Origin: a virus
Lineage: Duplodnaviria > Caudoviricetes
Direction: 5' to 3' (one strand)
Virus record (IMG/VR): IMGVR_UViG_3300010998_000002
Coordinates: 44,613 to 108,612 of that record
Length of the DNA stretch: 64,000 nt
The notes beneath the pieces are model-generated. The model was not told where the DNA came from and searched no databases. It saw only the letters and a program-made list of their open reading frames with translations. Of the stretch, positions 28,780 through 39,406 are shown in pieces. Position 1 is the first letter of the stretch. Every line of letters begins with the position of its first letter. A program made the translations under genes and the position numbers.

Positions 28780-29946
28780 TTATGAATTTTGTGTTATTGT
28801 GATATTTTCTGTACTTAATATAGCCAATTCCCTTTTGCCGATTGTTATATAATCTGCCCAAGTAGAATCTGTATGCTTTTTAATTTTAAATGCTGTTACG
28901 TTCTTAATTTCTGGATGAGCATTTAAAACATAATATAAATTATAAGCATAAATGCTATCGCCTACATTATATAAATCTTCAAAGGCTTCATATAATTCTG
29001 CTCTTAAATCTTCTTTCCATTCTTCTGTTTGAACAGTATCAGAAATAAACTCAATTAAATAATCAACTTGAATTTCACTAGGTCTTGTAAAGCCAATTGA
29101 AAATATATTGCCATCGTCATCCGTTACACTTTTAACAGTTGTACCGTATGCTTGTATTCCTGCTGGTTTTTTACCAAAAATTGCTCTTGCAATTTCATCT
29201 TCATCGCCACCCTTAACTACTATTTCAAATGATTTTGGTGGTAATGTATCAACAGTATTCATTGTATCATTTTCATAAGCATTAATATAGGTAACTTCCG
29301 AAATCTGTGATACACTTGCTTTTATAGAAGATAATATTGAACTTGCAGTATAAGAAACGGCATCTTCACGTCTTGCTCTTAATTCTTCATCTGTTTCTGT
29401 ATCACGACCTACTGTAGCCGTTCCTTCTGTGTTATATGCTACAGAAGATATACCCATACTAGGTGTTTTTAGTGAAAAATTAGATGTTGGTAATGCTGTA
29501 ATTGCTCCGTAACTTGTTGCTTGACAAGTAATATTAACAGTTCCATCTTCTCCAATCGCAAATGCGTTTTGATTTATATAATATTCATCTGTTCTTTCAT
29601 CAACAATTGTGATTTCACCAGCGTTTTTAGTAGTTCCTGCTGTACCTGTAATAGTTATAGGAATTGTTGATTTTGTTGCGGTATAACGAGAAATATTGTT
29701 TAAAGCACATATAAAATCTAGCCATATACCTTCTGCCTGGTCTGGGTCTAATTGCATAGCAATATAAAGTAATAATTCTTGTATTGCTAATTCTCTATCT
29801 GCATCAACGGCTTGAAGATTTGCAACGGCAGATTCGCCAGAAATATAAAAATCATCTCCATATAAATCTTTACAAACTTCTTCTCTTTCGGCTAATATTT
29901 CTGTCAAAGGTTGAATTATTAAACCATTAGCATCATATTCAATCAT
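28780..29946 (-). CDS. baseplate J-like protein
   Basis: DPDQAEGIWLD, GRDTETDEELRAR, LPPKSFEIVVKGG, KPAGIQAYG. Confidence 0.9.
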   Translation of the reverse strand: MIEYDANGLIIQPLTEILAEREEVCKDLYGDDFYISGESAVANLQAVDADRELAIQELLLYIAMQLDPDQAEGIWLDFICALNNISRYTATKSTIPITITGTAGTTKNAGEITIVDERTDEYYINQNAFAIGEDGTVNITCQATSYGAITALPTSNFSLKTPSMGISSVAYNTEGTATVGRDTETDEELRARREDAVSYTASSILSSIKASVSQISEVTYINAYENDTMNTVDTLPPKSFEIVVKGGDEDEIARAIFGKKPAGIQAYGTTVKSVTDDDGNIFSIGFTRPSEIQVDYLIEFISDTVQTEEWKEDLRAELYEAFEDLYNVGDSIYAYNLYYVLNAHPEIKNVTAFKIKKHTDSTWADYITIGKRELAILSTENITITQNS

Positions 29947-29951
29947 TTAAT

Positions 29952-30299
29952 TTATCCCTGTAAAATTTCAATTATATTTTCACTTGTTTCGTATATAGTT
30001 CTGACACTTGCATTAATTACAAATATTTGTCTATTTGTAGTATCTTTTTGTCGTTTAATCTGAATATCCGTAACGGCAACAACTCCATCAATGGCTTCTA
30101 TTTGTTCTTTAATAAATAACTTCATTAAAGTTTCATTATTCCAACTATTTTTATAATTAACTCCGTAATTATCATTTAAGAAAAAATCACCTAAAAAACT
30201 TCGTACCCCAACTATAATTTGCTGGTGTATTCTATCTCTATTATCAACAAATTCATTAAGTGCTTTTTTATTTACAAAGTCTAATTTTATATCTTTCAA
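29952..30299 (-). CDS. baseplate wedge or sheath initiator (gp25-like)
   Basis: FLGDFFLNDNYGVNY, IEAIDGV; lies between spike and J. Confidence 0.7.
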   Translation of the reverse strand: MKDIKLDFVNKKALNEFVDNRDRIHQQIIVGVRSFLGDFFLNDNYGVNYKNSWNNETLMKLFIKEQIEAIDGVVAVTDIQIKRQKDTTNRQIFVINASVRTIYETSENIIEILQG

Positions 30300-30357
30300 A
30301 ACTATACCCTTCTACTTTTGTTATATGCAAAATTTCAAATTTTGTAAACTTTTATTA

Positions 30358-31066
30358 TTAATTCGGTGGAGATGTAGGAGAGCCAAGATTTCCGGTATGC
30401 GTATGAGATTTACCAGACTTACCACCGGCTATAAACATCGGTATCACCTGTAATTGTACCAGAAGATGTAAAATCTCCGGTCTGTGTATAACTTCCTGTT
30501 TGTGTAATATCACCATTTACTACCAAATTACCATTTAAAGTCATAGTAGGAGTTGATACCACCAATGTATTGTCAGCACCAACAGTAAATGTAAATACGT
30601 TATCAGAAGTTGCCATAATAATTTTAGCATTAGAATCAACAGGAATTATTTTACCTAATGGCAAAAATCCATTAGTGAATAAACCATAATTTAAACTATG
30701 CCATTCTTCTGTATAATCAAAATCAAAGTTGCCTGTAGTAATTAAATCATCAACAGAACTATCAAAAAATTCTATTGTTCCAATATCACCAATTCTAACA
30801 GGAAGTATCATATACGCACTTCCACTATAAATAGGTTGTCTAATCGGAATATTTGGTATAATAGGATAAGGTACTAGATTTCCTGCTTCGTCATAATCAT
30901 AATCTAAAATTTGTATATCTACTTGATTATTAGCATAATCAACAGCCGTAACTCTTGCTGGTAATTGTACTTTTATTTCCGATTTTAAATCATTTAAACG
31001 ATTTGCTAATACAGCACCAGGACTCATACTAGCCTTTTCGTATTTTTCTTCATAACTTTTAGGCAT
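30358..31066 (-). CDS. baseplate central spike (Gp138/gpV-like), apparent +1 indel near 30433
   Basis: VQLPARV, LPVRIGDIG, HSLNYGLF; removing one T from GTTTATA restores DVIAGGKSGKSHTHTGNLGSPTSPPN with the HxH tip motif. Confidence 0.8.
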
Positions 31067-31069
31067 ATT

Positions 31070-31957
31070 TTAATTAACCTTTAATACTAATTTTGTTTCA
31101 TAATCTTTGCCAAAATTATCTATTTTAGATTCAATTTTAACAATAGGATAAATGCCTTCTATATCTTGAAAATCTAATTTGACAAAATTACCAATATTTA
31201 CAGTAGGTAAAAATGGTGCTTCTATAGATACTTCTTTATTTGCATTAAAATCTGGTCTAGGACAAATACCACCATGAAGATAATATCCATAAACATCCGA
31301 TTCTGCATTTTTGGCAAAAATATTTATAATATTATTTTCAATTGAACAAACACAATTTCCGGTAGCGCATATTTGTCTTAAAACATTTCCAAGCGTGCCA
31401 TGTGCTATATATCCTTTAGCAAATGTTTTTTCTACTAATGGTGATATATTGCCGATACCAATTGTAGTTTGTCTTTTAATATAATAAATTATATCATTTA
31501 AAATTTTAGTATTAGTAACAGTACCTTTATATGATTGAGAATAATAATTATTAATAAATGTAGATTTAATACTATCTTGTAATTCTATTACTGTTGCTAC
31601 ATCATTGCCATCATTTTCTCTTACAATTGGTGGTGCTTCGTATTCAATTTTAGCAGGCTTTTTAGATTTTCTTTTAGATGTAGAAGATTTATATTTTTTC
31701 CATTTTTTTATATCTCTTAAATCGCCCTGAAATATTAAAATATATCCTTTATCATTAGTATCGGTATATACTCTAATGTGCGTTGCTTTACTATTTAATA
31801 AATTATAAGTTGCTTCGGATAAATTATATAAAGTAACGCTACAATAATTAGGTGTGCCATCATCGGATTTTTTTAGTTCTACACTAATATCGGCTTCTTC
31901 AATTATAACGTCAGCACCGACAATTTCTAATTTAATTTTAGTGTATAACTGTTGCAT
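31070..31957 (-). CDS. baseplate hub protein
   Basis: PNYCSVTLYNLS, LIFQGDL, FLPTVNIG; position in the module. Confidence 0.72.
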   Translation of the reverse strand: MQQLYTKIKLEIVGADVIIEEADISVELKKSDDGTPNYCSVTLYNLSEATYNLLNSKATHIRVYTDTNDKGYILIFQGDLRDIKKWKKYKSSTSKRKSKKPAKIEYEAPPIVRENDGNDVATVIELQDSIKSTFINNYYSQSYKGTVTNTKILNDIIYYIKRQTTIGIGNISPLVEKTFAKGYIAHGTLGNVLRQICATGNCVCSIENNIINIFAKNAESDVYGYYLHGGICPRPDFNANKEVSIEAPFLPTVNIGNFVKLDFQDIEGIYPIVKIESKIDNFGKDYETKLVLKVN

Positions 31958-32310
31958 TATTCATCCTCGTCTGCGAAATAATTTATACAAAAATCTGTAT
32001 GAAAATTATCTACACGATATTCTGTTTCATCTAAATTTTCAATTTGGGCAAAAAATAATTTACCACTCCAATCTGTATCGTAAATATGTTTAGATATTTC
32101 AATACCATTTACCAAGCAAATATTTCTTACATAATAGTAATCTTCATTATCTTTTTTTGTAAAAATAGATAAATATACCTTTTCATGCCTAATATTCCAA
32201 GCAAATTCAAAAAAGTATAAATTACCGTTTAATTCTACTTGTTCAACAATATATGGATGTTGCAATATATTTGGTAAATTTATTGTTACATATTCTAAAA
32301 AACCAGCCAT
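31957..32310 (-). CDS. small baseplate protein (plug-like)
   Basis: VELNGNLYFFEFAWNIR...YLSI...LVNG; position in the module. Confidence 0.6.
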   Translation of the reverse strand: MAGFLEYVTINLPNILQHPYIVEQVELNGNLYFFEFAWNIRHEKVYLSIFTKKDNEDYYYVRNICLVNGIEISKHIYDTDWSGKLFFAQIENLDETEYRVDNFHTDFCINYFADEDE

Positions 32311-32320
32311 TCAAATTATC

Positions 32321-33547
32321 CTATATATTATGAGTTTTATTATAATTTTTAATATCTTTTATTTCTTGTTTGGTATATTTTCTTGAACCAGATAGCCAAC
32401 CTTCTTTTTCAAACCTAGCAATATCACTTTCTGTATATGGTAAACCTTTATCTTTACACATTTTTGCCATTTCGGTTGCACTTTTACCTAGTTTATATTG
32501 CCTTCTTAAAAATTCATCTGCTTGTCTGCTTGCAGGATAAATTCTATTTTGGTTTGTTTTAGTTGCTGTTTGCGCTTGACTTTTTACACTATTAGTGCTT
32601 TTTTTAATACCACTTTTAACATTGCCATTTTTAGCAGTACCGGCTTTGCCACTATTTTTTTGAGCATAATTTTCTAATTTAACATATTCCAATGTCCATT
32701 CTGGTACTTCTACTACAGACATATTGCAAGTTAAACTATTCATGCCCTGTGGTGTAAAGGTTAAGTTAGTAAAAAGACAATTTGTTAATTTGTATTGATG
32801 ATAAACATCTTTATCATTTATATAAACATCAAAAGGAATTTTATCATTTTTTAATTTTTCTAATTGGTCTTTAATCTGATACATATCAGTACCTTTACGA
32901 CTATTAGTTGATAAAAGCAACTCAAAATCTTTTGTTTTATTTTGATTACTAACAGCCGTTGCGATTTCAAAACCTTTTTCAGTTTTTCTGGTAGGTACTT
33001 CAATACCCCAAGTTTCATTATCTGTAGTGATGATTTTAAGTTTTAAAACTTGAACATCAATATCATTAATACTCTGTTCTTCTTCTTGATTTTCTTTATC
33101 CATATTTTTAGATAAAAATTTAGAAAAATCTTTAGAAATAACCCCAGAGCCAAATGGCATTAAGGCAGTATATAATGAAGATGGGGTAGGAAAACCCATA
33201 TCAGTTGCAGTATTATCCAAAGCATTAGTACAACTACCTACAAAATCCTCTGCTACTTCCGGTACTGTAATTTTACCATCAGACATAACATCATAAACAG
33301 AAGATGATATTCTACCTAAAACAGCAGTTGATAATGCTTTTCCTGCGATATTTTGACCTATTTTACTTGTAAAGCCTGCTAATGCCACAGTAGCAATATT
33401 AGACTTTAAAACTGTATTCAAAAGATTTCTACTTGATTTTGCAATTTTAACATCATAAGGTTTAACTTGTACCTTATCTCTATCTTGCCCATATACAATC
33501 ATTAAGTAGGCATCATTTTCTAATTCTACATTAGCAGTTTGTACCAT
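32321..33547 (-). CDS. tail tube initiator or Dit-like protein
   Basis: Follows the tape measure; PTRKTEKGFEIATAV, LEKLKNDKIPFDV pattern. Confidence 0.55.
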   Translation of the reverse strand: MVQTANVELENDAYLMIVYGQDRDKVQVKPYDVKIAKSSRNLLNTVLKSNIATVALAGFTSKIGQNIAGKALSTAVLGRISSSVYDVMSDGKITVPEVAEDFVGSCTNALDNTATDMGFPTPSSLYTALMPFGSGVISKDFSKFLSKNMDKENQEEEQSINDIDVQVLKLKIITTDNETWGIEVPTRKTEKGFEIATAVSNQNKTKDFELLLSTNSRKGTDMYQIKDQLEKLKNDKIPFDVYINDKDVYHQYKLTNCLFTNLTFTPQGMNSLTCNMSVVEVPEWTLEYVKLENYAQKNSGKAGTAKNGNVKSGIKKSTNSVKSQAQTATKTNQNRIYPASRQADEFLRRQYKLGKSATEMAKMCKDKGLPYTESDIARFEKEGWLSGSRKYTKQEIKDIKNYNKTHNI

Positions 33548-33556
33548 TATTATATC

Positions 33557-35236
33557 CTATTTTTTATTTTTACTATCTGCGTAAATATGTTTAAGATATT
33601 CTGTATTATCTTTATTAGTTTTATTTAATACTGCTTCAAGTTCACTTGCAGACAATCCATTAGCGTTAATATGATTATTATAAATAGGATTAATATTTAC
33701 ATTAGATGAACTTGCAGGATAATTAGCCAAAGGACTACTGATTAATTGTTGTTTATAAATTTCATCCCAACTATTTTTATCTGGCGTTACACCTGGAAAA
33801 GTTGATTGATTTTTACTTTTATTAAATGCCGGAATCCACTTCCATAACCAATCTATTAACCAATGCCATTTCTCCCACCACATTTGAAGCGAAGTGCCTA
33901 AATGGGTAAAGAAATCGGTAATTTCACTCCATAATAATTTTAATGAAGTCGTAACTTTTGGAAAGAATAAATCTAATAAATCCCATAATAATTTAATTAC
34001 ATCTATTACTGTCCAAATTACAAAAACAATTTGTCCAATTACAGGAATAAAATTAATTAATCCTTTTAAACCAAAAGCAAGTAAACGTCTAACAATAAGT
34101 GATATTGCTTTTAATGCAATTTTACCAGAGATGCCTTTTTTAAATAATATTTTTAAAGCACCACCGACAGTATTTCTTAATTTTGTAAAACTACCTTTAA
34201 CTACATTAAAGCGTTTACCAATTTTATCAATAAAACTTAATCCGGTCTTTCCACCTTTTCCAAAACGTCTGAACATTCTGCCTAAATGTCGGAAGTATTT
34301 AAACATCCTAGAAAATAGTTTAATACCAGAGATTAATAAAAATATTGCAACAATATCTTTTAATATTTTATAAAATTTATCGGCATGTTCAACAATTTTG
34401 TCTAAAGTATCATTTAAACGTGTTAAAACATTTGCTAAATCAGTACCAAATCCTGCATCTGCAATTGCATATCTTACCCTATCCCATTGATTTCGCAACC
34501 TTAACATTTGAGCATCGGGTTGTTTCATTGCTTCTGCTAATGCTTTCGGGTCTGCAAACTGTTGTTTTGCATATTTTGAGAAAAGCATTAAGAATTGGTT
34601 AATCATTTTTTGATTACCTTTAGATTGCTTTTGAAATTTCTCAAACCAATCTGTGCCGGTAATTCCTAAATCATTAACTGCCTTTTCTGCTAAACCTATT
34701 GCGTTCGGAACATGAGTACCAATTTGCATACGCAAGTCTTGTGAATAAACAACACCTTTAGATGCCATTTCACGAAGGGCGTATGTTACACGTTCAAATT
34801 GATATTCGGACATGTGAAGTACCCTAGATACCTCTGTCCAATCTTGAAACACTTGCTGTGCGCCACTATCACCCAAACCCTTTGCTGTCGCAGCATAGAA
34901 AATAGAGTATGAATCTGCAATACTTTTCATAGGCATTGCTGTCCTTTCTGCCAACTTAAATGCCCATTGTAATTGCTCATTGGCTTTTGCTTGTGATTGA
35001 GTAATAGCAAAGAACCTAGATTTCATAGCACCCATTTCTCTGGTTGCATTCACTAGGCTCATACCAAATTGTTTTAACCCAGAATAAACGTCATAACCAA
35101 TAAAAGTGCTAAAAAGGTTTTTCAAACTAAACAAATTGCCATACGTTGATTGCATTTGTTTATTTAAAACTTGAAAACCATTACCTTTGACGGTGGGTTT
35201 GAATAATAATAAAAATTCGTCTAATATTCCAGCCAT
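33557..35236 (-). CDS. tape measure protein
   Basis: ALREMASKGVVYSQDLRMQIG tape-measure domain; hydrophobic, Trp-rich C-terminus. Confidence 0.88.
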   Translation of the reverse strand: MAGILDEFLLLFKPTVKGNGFQVLNKQMQSTYGNLFSLKNLFSTFIGYDVYSGLKQFGMSLVNATREMGAMKSRFFAITQSQAKANEQLQWAFKLAERTAMPMKSIADSYSIFYAATAKGLGDSGAQQVFQDWTEVSRVLHMSEYQFERVTYALREMASKGVVYSQDLRMQIGTHVPNAIGLAEKAVNDLGITGTDWFEKFQKQSKGNQKMINQFLMLFSKYAKQQFADPKALAEAMKQPDAQMLRLRNQWDRVRYAIADAGFGTDLANVLTRLNDTLDKIVEHADKFYKILKDIVAIFLLISGIKLFSRMFKYFRHLGRMFRRFGKGGKTGLSFIDKIGKRFNVVKGSFTKLRNTVGGALKILFKKGISGKIALKAISLIVRRLLAFGLKGLINFIPVIGQIVFVIWTVIDVIKLLWDLLDLFFPKVTTSLKLLWSEITDFFTHLGTSLQMWWEKWHWLIDWLWKWIPAFNKSKNQSTFPGVTPDKNSWDEIYKQQLISSPLANYPASSSNVNINPIYNNHINANGLSASELEAVLNKTNKDNTEYLKHIYADSKNKK

Positions 35237-35238
35237 TT

Positions 35239-35921
35239 CTACCCTATATTCGCAGTTGCCTTTTCTATTTCATCGCCTATTTCTTTTATTTGGTCGGCTT
35301 CTTCTAAATATTTAGAAAATAATAAAACCATATCCGGCAAACACCAATCTTCAATTAATGAAGGTTGCATGTGTTCTTTTCTACTAATAGTGGCGATAAT
35401 CGCTTTAAAAAACTTTTCTTCTTCCGTATAATAATCAACGGTATCTAACCAAGATTTTGTTTCATTTCGTTCGTTAGTTGTGTTAGAGCCGTTTCCAAGC
35501 CTTCTGCTTTCGGCAATGAGTTGGCTTGTAGTCTTTCGTTTAGTAGATGCAGACCCCTTTCTATTAATGTAGGCAACGATTGAAAAAAATCTTTGTCATT
35601 CTCCATAATTACTTTATATAGTAATTGAGGAATCTCCATAAATCTACCGGCAAAATGTTCATCAAAATCTGGTATTAATCTATCATCACAGTAAAGTTGA
35701 TTTTTATCAACAAATGTATCTAATAAATAATCAAAATCATTCATTACCAATTCATATAATTTGGCATTAAATTCTTCAACTTTTCCCTGTGTTAAACATG
35801 GCAATAAAGCACCTGTTTTAGCAGTAAATCTTCTCGTTGCTTCAAATGCTTTACGACCACCAATTAAATAAAACTTGTATCTGTGTTCGCCTACTTTAAC
35901 TTCTCTTTGTGGCATTCCCAT
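35239..35921 (-). CDS. tail assembly chaperone GT product via -1 frameshift at T7 (35583-35589)
   Basis: GAT TTT TTT C slippery site; the -1 frame is open to TAG at 35239-35241, just before the tape measure start. Confidence 0.75.
35445..35921 (-). CDS. tail assembly chaperone (G)
   Basis: Between tube and tape measure; FDEHFAGR...ENDKDFF motif; AAGGAG RBS. Confidence 0.8.
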   Translation of the reverse strand: MGMPQREVKVGEHRYKFYLIGGRKAFEATRRFTAKTGALLPCLTQGKVEEFNAKLYELVMNDFDYLLDTFVDKNQLYCDDRLIPDFDEHFAGRFMEIPQLLYKVIMENDKDFFQSLPTLIERGLHLLNERLQANSLPKAEGLETALTQLTNEMKQNLG

Positions 35922-36034
35922 AATTCTCAATCTCCTTAAAATGTCTAATATTTTTAAAACGAGATGCGAGGGTGGTAAAAATTACCACCCATATCTCTAT
36001 AAATTTTATACAGAAAATTTTATATTCCGTAAAC

Positions 36035-36442
36035 TTACGAAATTTCAAAATCTTCTTCACATTCAATTGTAAATGCGTACCCATTACCACCTGTTAATGC
36101 TACTGCATCATAAGATTTTACGTTAGATGCTGTAGAAGTCCAAGTTCTTTGTCTGTTAGGGTTTGTATCTTTTACAATTAAGTTTTCAATTTGTTTCTTT
36201 TGATTATGATAATTTTCTAATTTGTAACTTGAAGCACTATGAGAAAATAGTGTAAAAGTCAATTGGTCTATCTTATCATATTTCCAAACTGTTTCGTGTC
36301 CGCCAGATTTTCCTTTGATAACATCAGAATTTTCACCACCGGCGGTAATTTCAATATCTGCATCACCAAATTCATCTGGGTTAATAGTATATCCATCAAA
36401 TGAGATATAGATATACTTCGGGTCTATTTGATTTCCTGCCAT
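36035..36442 (-). CDS. tail tube protein (DUF3277-like)
   Basis: IDPKYIYISFDG, LTFTLFSHSASS, LIVKD; follows the sheath. Confidence 0.75.
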   Translation of the reverse strand: MAGNQIDPKYIYISFDGYTINPDEFGDADIEITAGGENSDVIKGKSGGHETVWKYDKIDQLTFTLFSHSASSYKLENYHNQKKQIENLIVKDTNPNRQRTWTSTASNVKSYDAVALTGGNGYAFTIECEEDFEIS

Positions 36443-36456
36443 AATTCATTATCTCC

Positions 36457-37608
36457 TTATGCTTGATATACTAAATTAATTTCAACTTTCTTTGCGTTAA
36501 GTGCTATTTCAACATGCGCTTGAACAACAAAGCATTTTTCAGCAAATTTAGATGCAAATTGTTCTTTAACAGTTTGTCTTGAAAGAACTTTTAATTCTTG
36601 ACCTTTTTGCAAAGTGCCATCTTCCGATAAACTATCAGATGCAATTAATTCTTCATTTTGTAACTGTTTCAAAACTGCTTTTAATTTGCCTTCAAGTAAT
36701 GCTCCACCCCTATCATCATAAGGCGGTTTCATTTCAAGAGCATCCATACCAGCAGATTGTAAATTCAAGATAATTCTATCTAAAATAACTTGCTGTTGAA
36801 TTTCATCACCATTACTCATATAACCACCAGCAGTTAAAACTCTTGTCATATAAGAGCCTGCTTGTCCGATATATGGAGTATAGTAGTTTACATAGTTTTT
36901 GTCTAATTTAGATTTCTGATTATCTGATAATTCATCTTTTGTAATTCCAGACGGTTTATCAAATACACCGGAAATTCTACCAGGTGTGCCAAAACAATGT
37001 ATAGCACCCATAGCACCATTTAAAAATTCATCAGTTAATTCATGGTAATATAAAACACCTTTTGTGTTTTTGTCAGCCAATCTTTTAGCGATGTTGTCTA
37101 TTTCTTCTTCGCCACTTTCGCCTTCAACTGTAACTTTTCCATCTGTTAAAACTTCTGGCTCATTTGTTTGAGCATGAGGGATTTTTCTTTTATCAGCAAA
37201 ATAACCCATAAATGACATAATATCTTCATCGTCAGCAGAAGTTAAAACCCAATGATAAGCATCTGTATAACCTATACGGATTAACGCAGATTCAATATCG
37301 TTGTCGGTTGATAACACTTGACAAATGGCAACTTTTTCTACAGCAGATTTGTTCATACCTGTATTTACTTTTTGTGTAAATACATCTTTTGCACACTTGT
37401 AAACAGGGTGCGTAGTAGGAAATTTCTCACCAACTCCTGTAAGTGATTCAAATTCTTCATATCCATCTGTGGAGAAAGTTTGACCTTCAAGCAAATCAGA
37501 ATTTTCAAATCTTGCTACAATTGCCAAATTTTTGAAATAACCATCAATACTTGTTGTGATTATTTCTTGCTCATTGACGATTATGATGTTATCAATATTT
37601 GTACTCAT
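36457..37608 (-). CDS. tail sheath protein (DUF3383-like)
   Basis: FDKPSGIT, NYVNYY, GYMSNGDEI, KPPYDDRG. Confidence 0.8.
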   Translation of the reverse strand: MSTNIDNIIIVNEQEIITTSIDGYFKNLAIVARFENSDLLEGQTFSTDGYEEFESLTGVGEKFPTTHPVYKCAKDVFTQKVNTGMNKSAVEKVAICQVLSTDNDIESALIRIGYTDAYHWVLTSADDEDIMSFMGYFADKRKIPHAQTNEPEVLTDGKVTVEGESGEEEIDNIAKRLADKNTKGVLYYHELTDEFLNGAMGAIHCFGTPGRISGVFDKPSGITKDELSDNQKSKLDKNYVNYYTPYIGQAGSYMTRVLTAGGYMSNGDEIQQQVILDRIILNLQSAGMDALEMKPPYDDRGGALLEGKLKAVLKQLQNEELIASDSLSEDGTLQKGQELKVLSRQTVKEQFASKFAEKCFVVQAHVEIALNAKKVEINLVYQA

Positions 37609-37646
37609 TAATCGTTTCTCCTATATTTACAATTTTTTATTACTTT

Positions 37647-38324
37647 TTAATTTGTATCTATATCAAAATCTACAGATTGTGCAATTCCATCTTCATCTTC
37701 GTATTGCACTTCGGCATATATACCATGAGCCACATCCTGTTCACGTTTAGAAATTTGGTCGTATCTAAACACACAAGAAAAACGATTTGTATGCCTACTT
37801 TTTGTATCTTCAAAAATGCTAATATCTGTTATTTCGGATAAATTCTTATTCTGGGAGCATACCAAAATAGGAGTTAAATAATCATTTTCATAACAGAAAT
37901 AATCCGAAGCCGAGCCAGACTTCAATAACATTCTTAAATATGAACAAGCGTTGTGTGATAAATTTTGAGCCTGCAACGCTGTTAAGTTTAAATTTTTATT
38001 TTTCATTGAACTAACCGTAAAATTTACAGTTATTTCATGAAATTCTTGCATTTTATAATAATATTTACCATCTGTATCTTGATAAAATTCGTCATCAACA
38101 CCCCAATTTACTGTTTCATCGCTTATCACGTCTAAATAGCAATAAGTAGCATCTAATGGTCTATCTTTAACGGTATCAGACCAAAATACATTTGGTGAAT
38201 TTTTTATTGTTTCTCCATCTAGGTTTACATAACTAGATAGATTAAAATATTCGGGAAATTCGGCATGAAGGGTATTATATGCCCATTTTAAAACTGCCGT
38301 TTTAAATAAACTTATTTCATTCAT
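37647..38324 (-). CDS. neck or tail terminator protein
   Basis: Directly upstream of the sheath; DRPLDATYCYLDV. Confidence 0.55.
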   Translation of the reverse strand: MNEISLFKTAVLKWAYNTLHAEFPEYFNLSSYVNLDGETIKNSPNVFWSDTVKDRPLDATYCYLDVISDETVNWGVDDEFYQDTDGKYYYKMQEFHEITVNFTVSSMKNKNLNLTALQAQNLSHNACSYLRMLLKSGSASDYFCYENDYLTPILVCSQNKNLSEITDISIFEDTKSRHTNRFSCVFRYDQISKREQDVAHGIYAEVQYEDEDGIAQSVDFDIDTN

Positions 38325-38739
38325 CTAATAATGCACCTACTGTTCCTAACGATGTTTCTTCTTCGCCAATATAAGTTCTATAACAATGAACGATACCGCC
38401 TGCCGTCATAGGCTGACTAGGAACAATAACTTTAAATTTAACATTGTCAAATAAAGAAGTTATTGTTGCACCATTTGGAATAGGCTTTTTAGAAAAAATA
38501 CGTCTAGTAACTTTACTTCGTAAACCTTCCGGAATATCTTTTAAATCATCTTTATAATTAATTGGAATTAATGCCAAATTAATAGGTGTATCAACAGATT
38601 CGCCTTCAATTTCACCTTCTTCAAAATCATAAGTAATTTCTGATGGTACGGAAATTATACAGGGTTGCGCACCTAAATTATGGTCTATCATATCATCAAC
38701 TACTTTTTTAAACTTATTCCAATTTGGTGGTAACGGCAT
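38317..38739 (-). CDS. head closure or neck protein
   Basis: DLKDIPEGLR motif; synteny. Confidence 0.6.
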   Translation of the reverse strand: MPLPPNWNKFKKVVDDMIDHNLGAQPCIISVPSEITYDFEEGEIEGESVDTPINLALIPINYKDDLKDIPEGLRSKVTRRIFSKKPIPNGATITSLFDNVKFKVIVPSQPMTAGGIVHCYRTYIGEEETSLGTVGALLDE

Positions 38740-38742
38740 TGT

Positions 38743-39402
38743 TTATTTCCTATTAAATTCTGCTATCATTTTATCTATTTGAGTTAAAAATTTTAGGCTT
38801 TGTTCTTTAACCATTCCGGATTCTGCGGTTCGTTTATTTTTACCACGAATAGCCTGTAACATTTTTGAACTATCTATTAATGGAAAATCAAAACCTTTAA
38901 TTTTTTGTGTAATTTCAGAGTTTCGTGCCTGTTGATTAGTCATTACTTCTCTTTGTTTTACTGCCATTTCTTCTGCAATTGCATCTATGACATGTTTGGA
39001 ATTTGTACGACCACCACGAATTGTTGTTTTATTAAGATAAGTTATAATAAACGCCCTTACTCTATCTCGCATATCATTCCACGCATCCTTTAACTTCCAT
39101 AACATAATAAATGGTCGTGATGGTCGGTGTAAAATTGCACCCTTTGGAATAGTAATTGTATCTCCATCTGCCGTAGGAATAGTGGCTGTTTTAGTTTGTG
39201 TCCAACTAGCATCAGTTTCTAAAACACTTGCTAATTTGGCTAATTTTATTTTTTTATTTCCACTACCGGCAGATACCCATTGCCTACCCTCTTGTCGCCA
39301 AATTCCAGAACAAGCAGAAAAAGCCTGTAACCAAATAATTTTTTTGACTAAATTCTTTAAACCTTTTCTCTTGCAAATAATTTGTACGGTTGATTGCGCC
39401 AT
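38743..39402 (-). CDS. neck or virion morphogenesis protein
   Basis: PSRPFI and NSEITQKIKGFDFPLIDSSKMLQAI motifs. Confidence 0.65.
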   Translation of the reverse strand: MAQSTVQIICKRKGLKNLVKKIIWLQAFSACSGIWRQEGRQWVSAGSGNKKIKLAKLASVLETDASWTQTKTATIPTADGDTITIPKGAILHRPSRPFIMLWKLKDAWNDMRDRVRAFIITYLNKTTIRGGRTNSKHVIDAIAEEMAVKQREVMTNQQARNSEITQKIKGFDFPLIDSSKMLQAIRGKNKRTAESGMVKEQSLKFLTQIDKMIAEFNRK

Positions 39403-39406
39403 TTAT

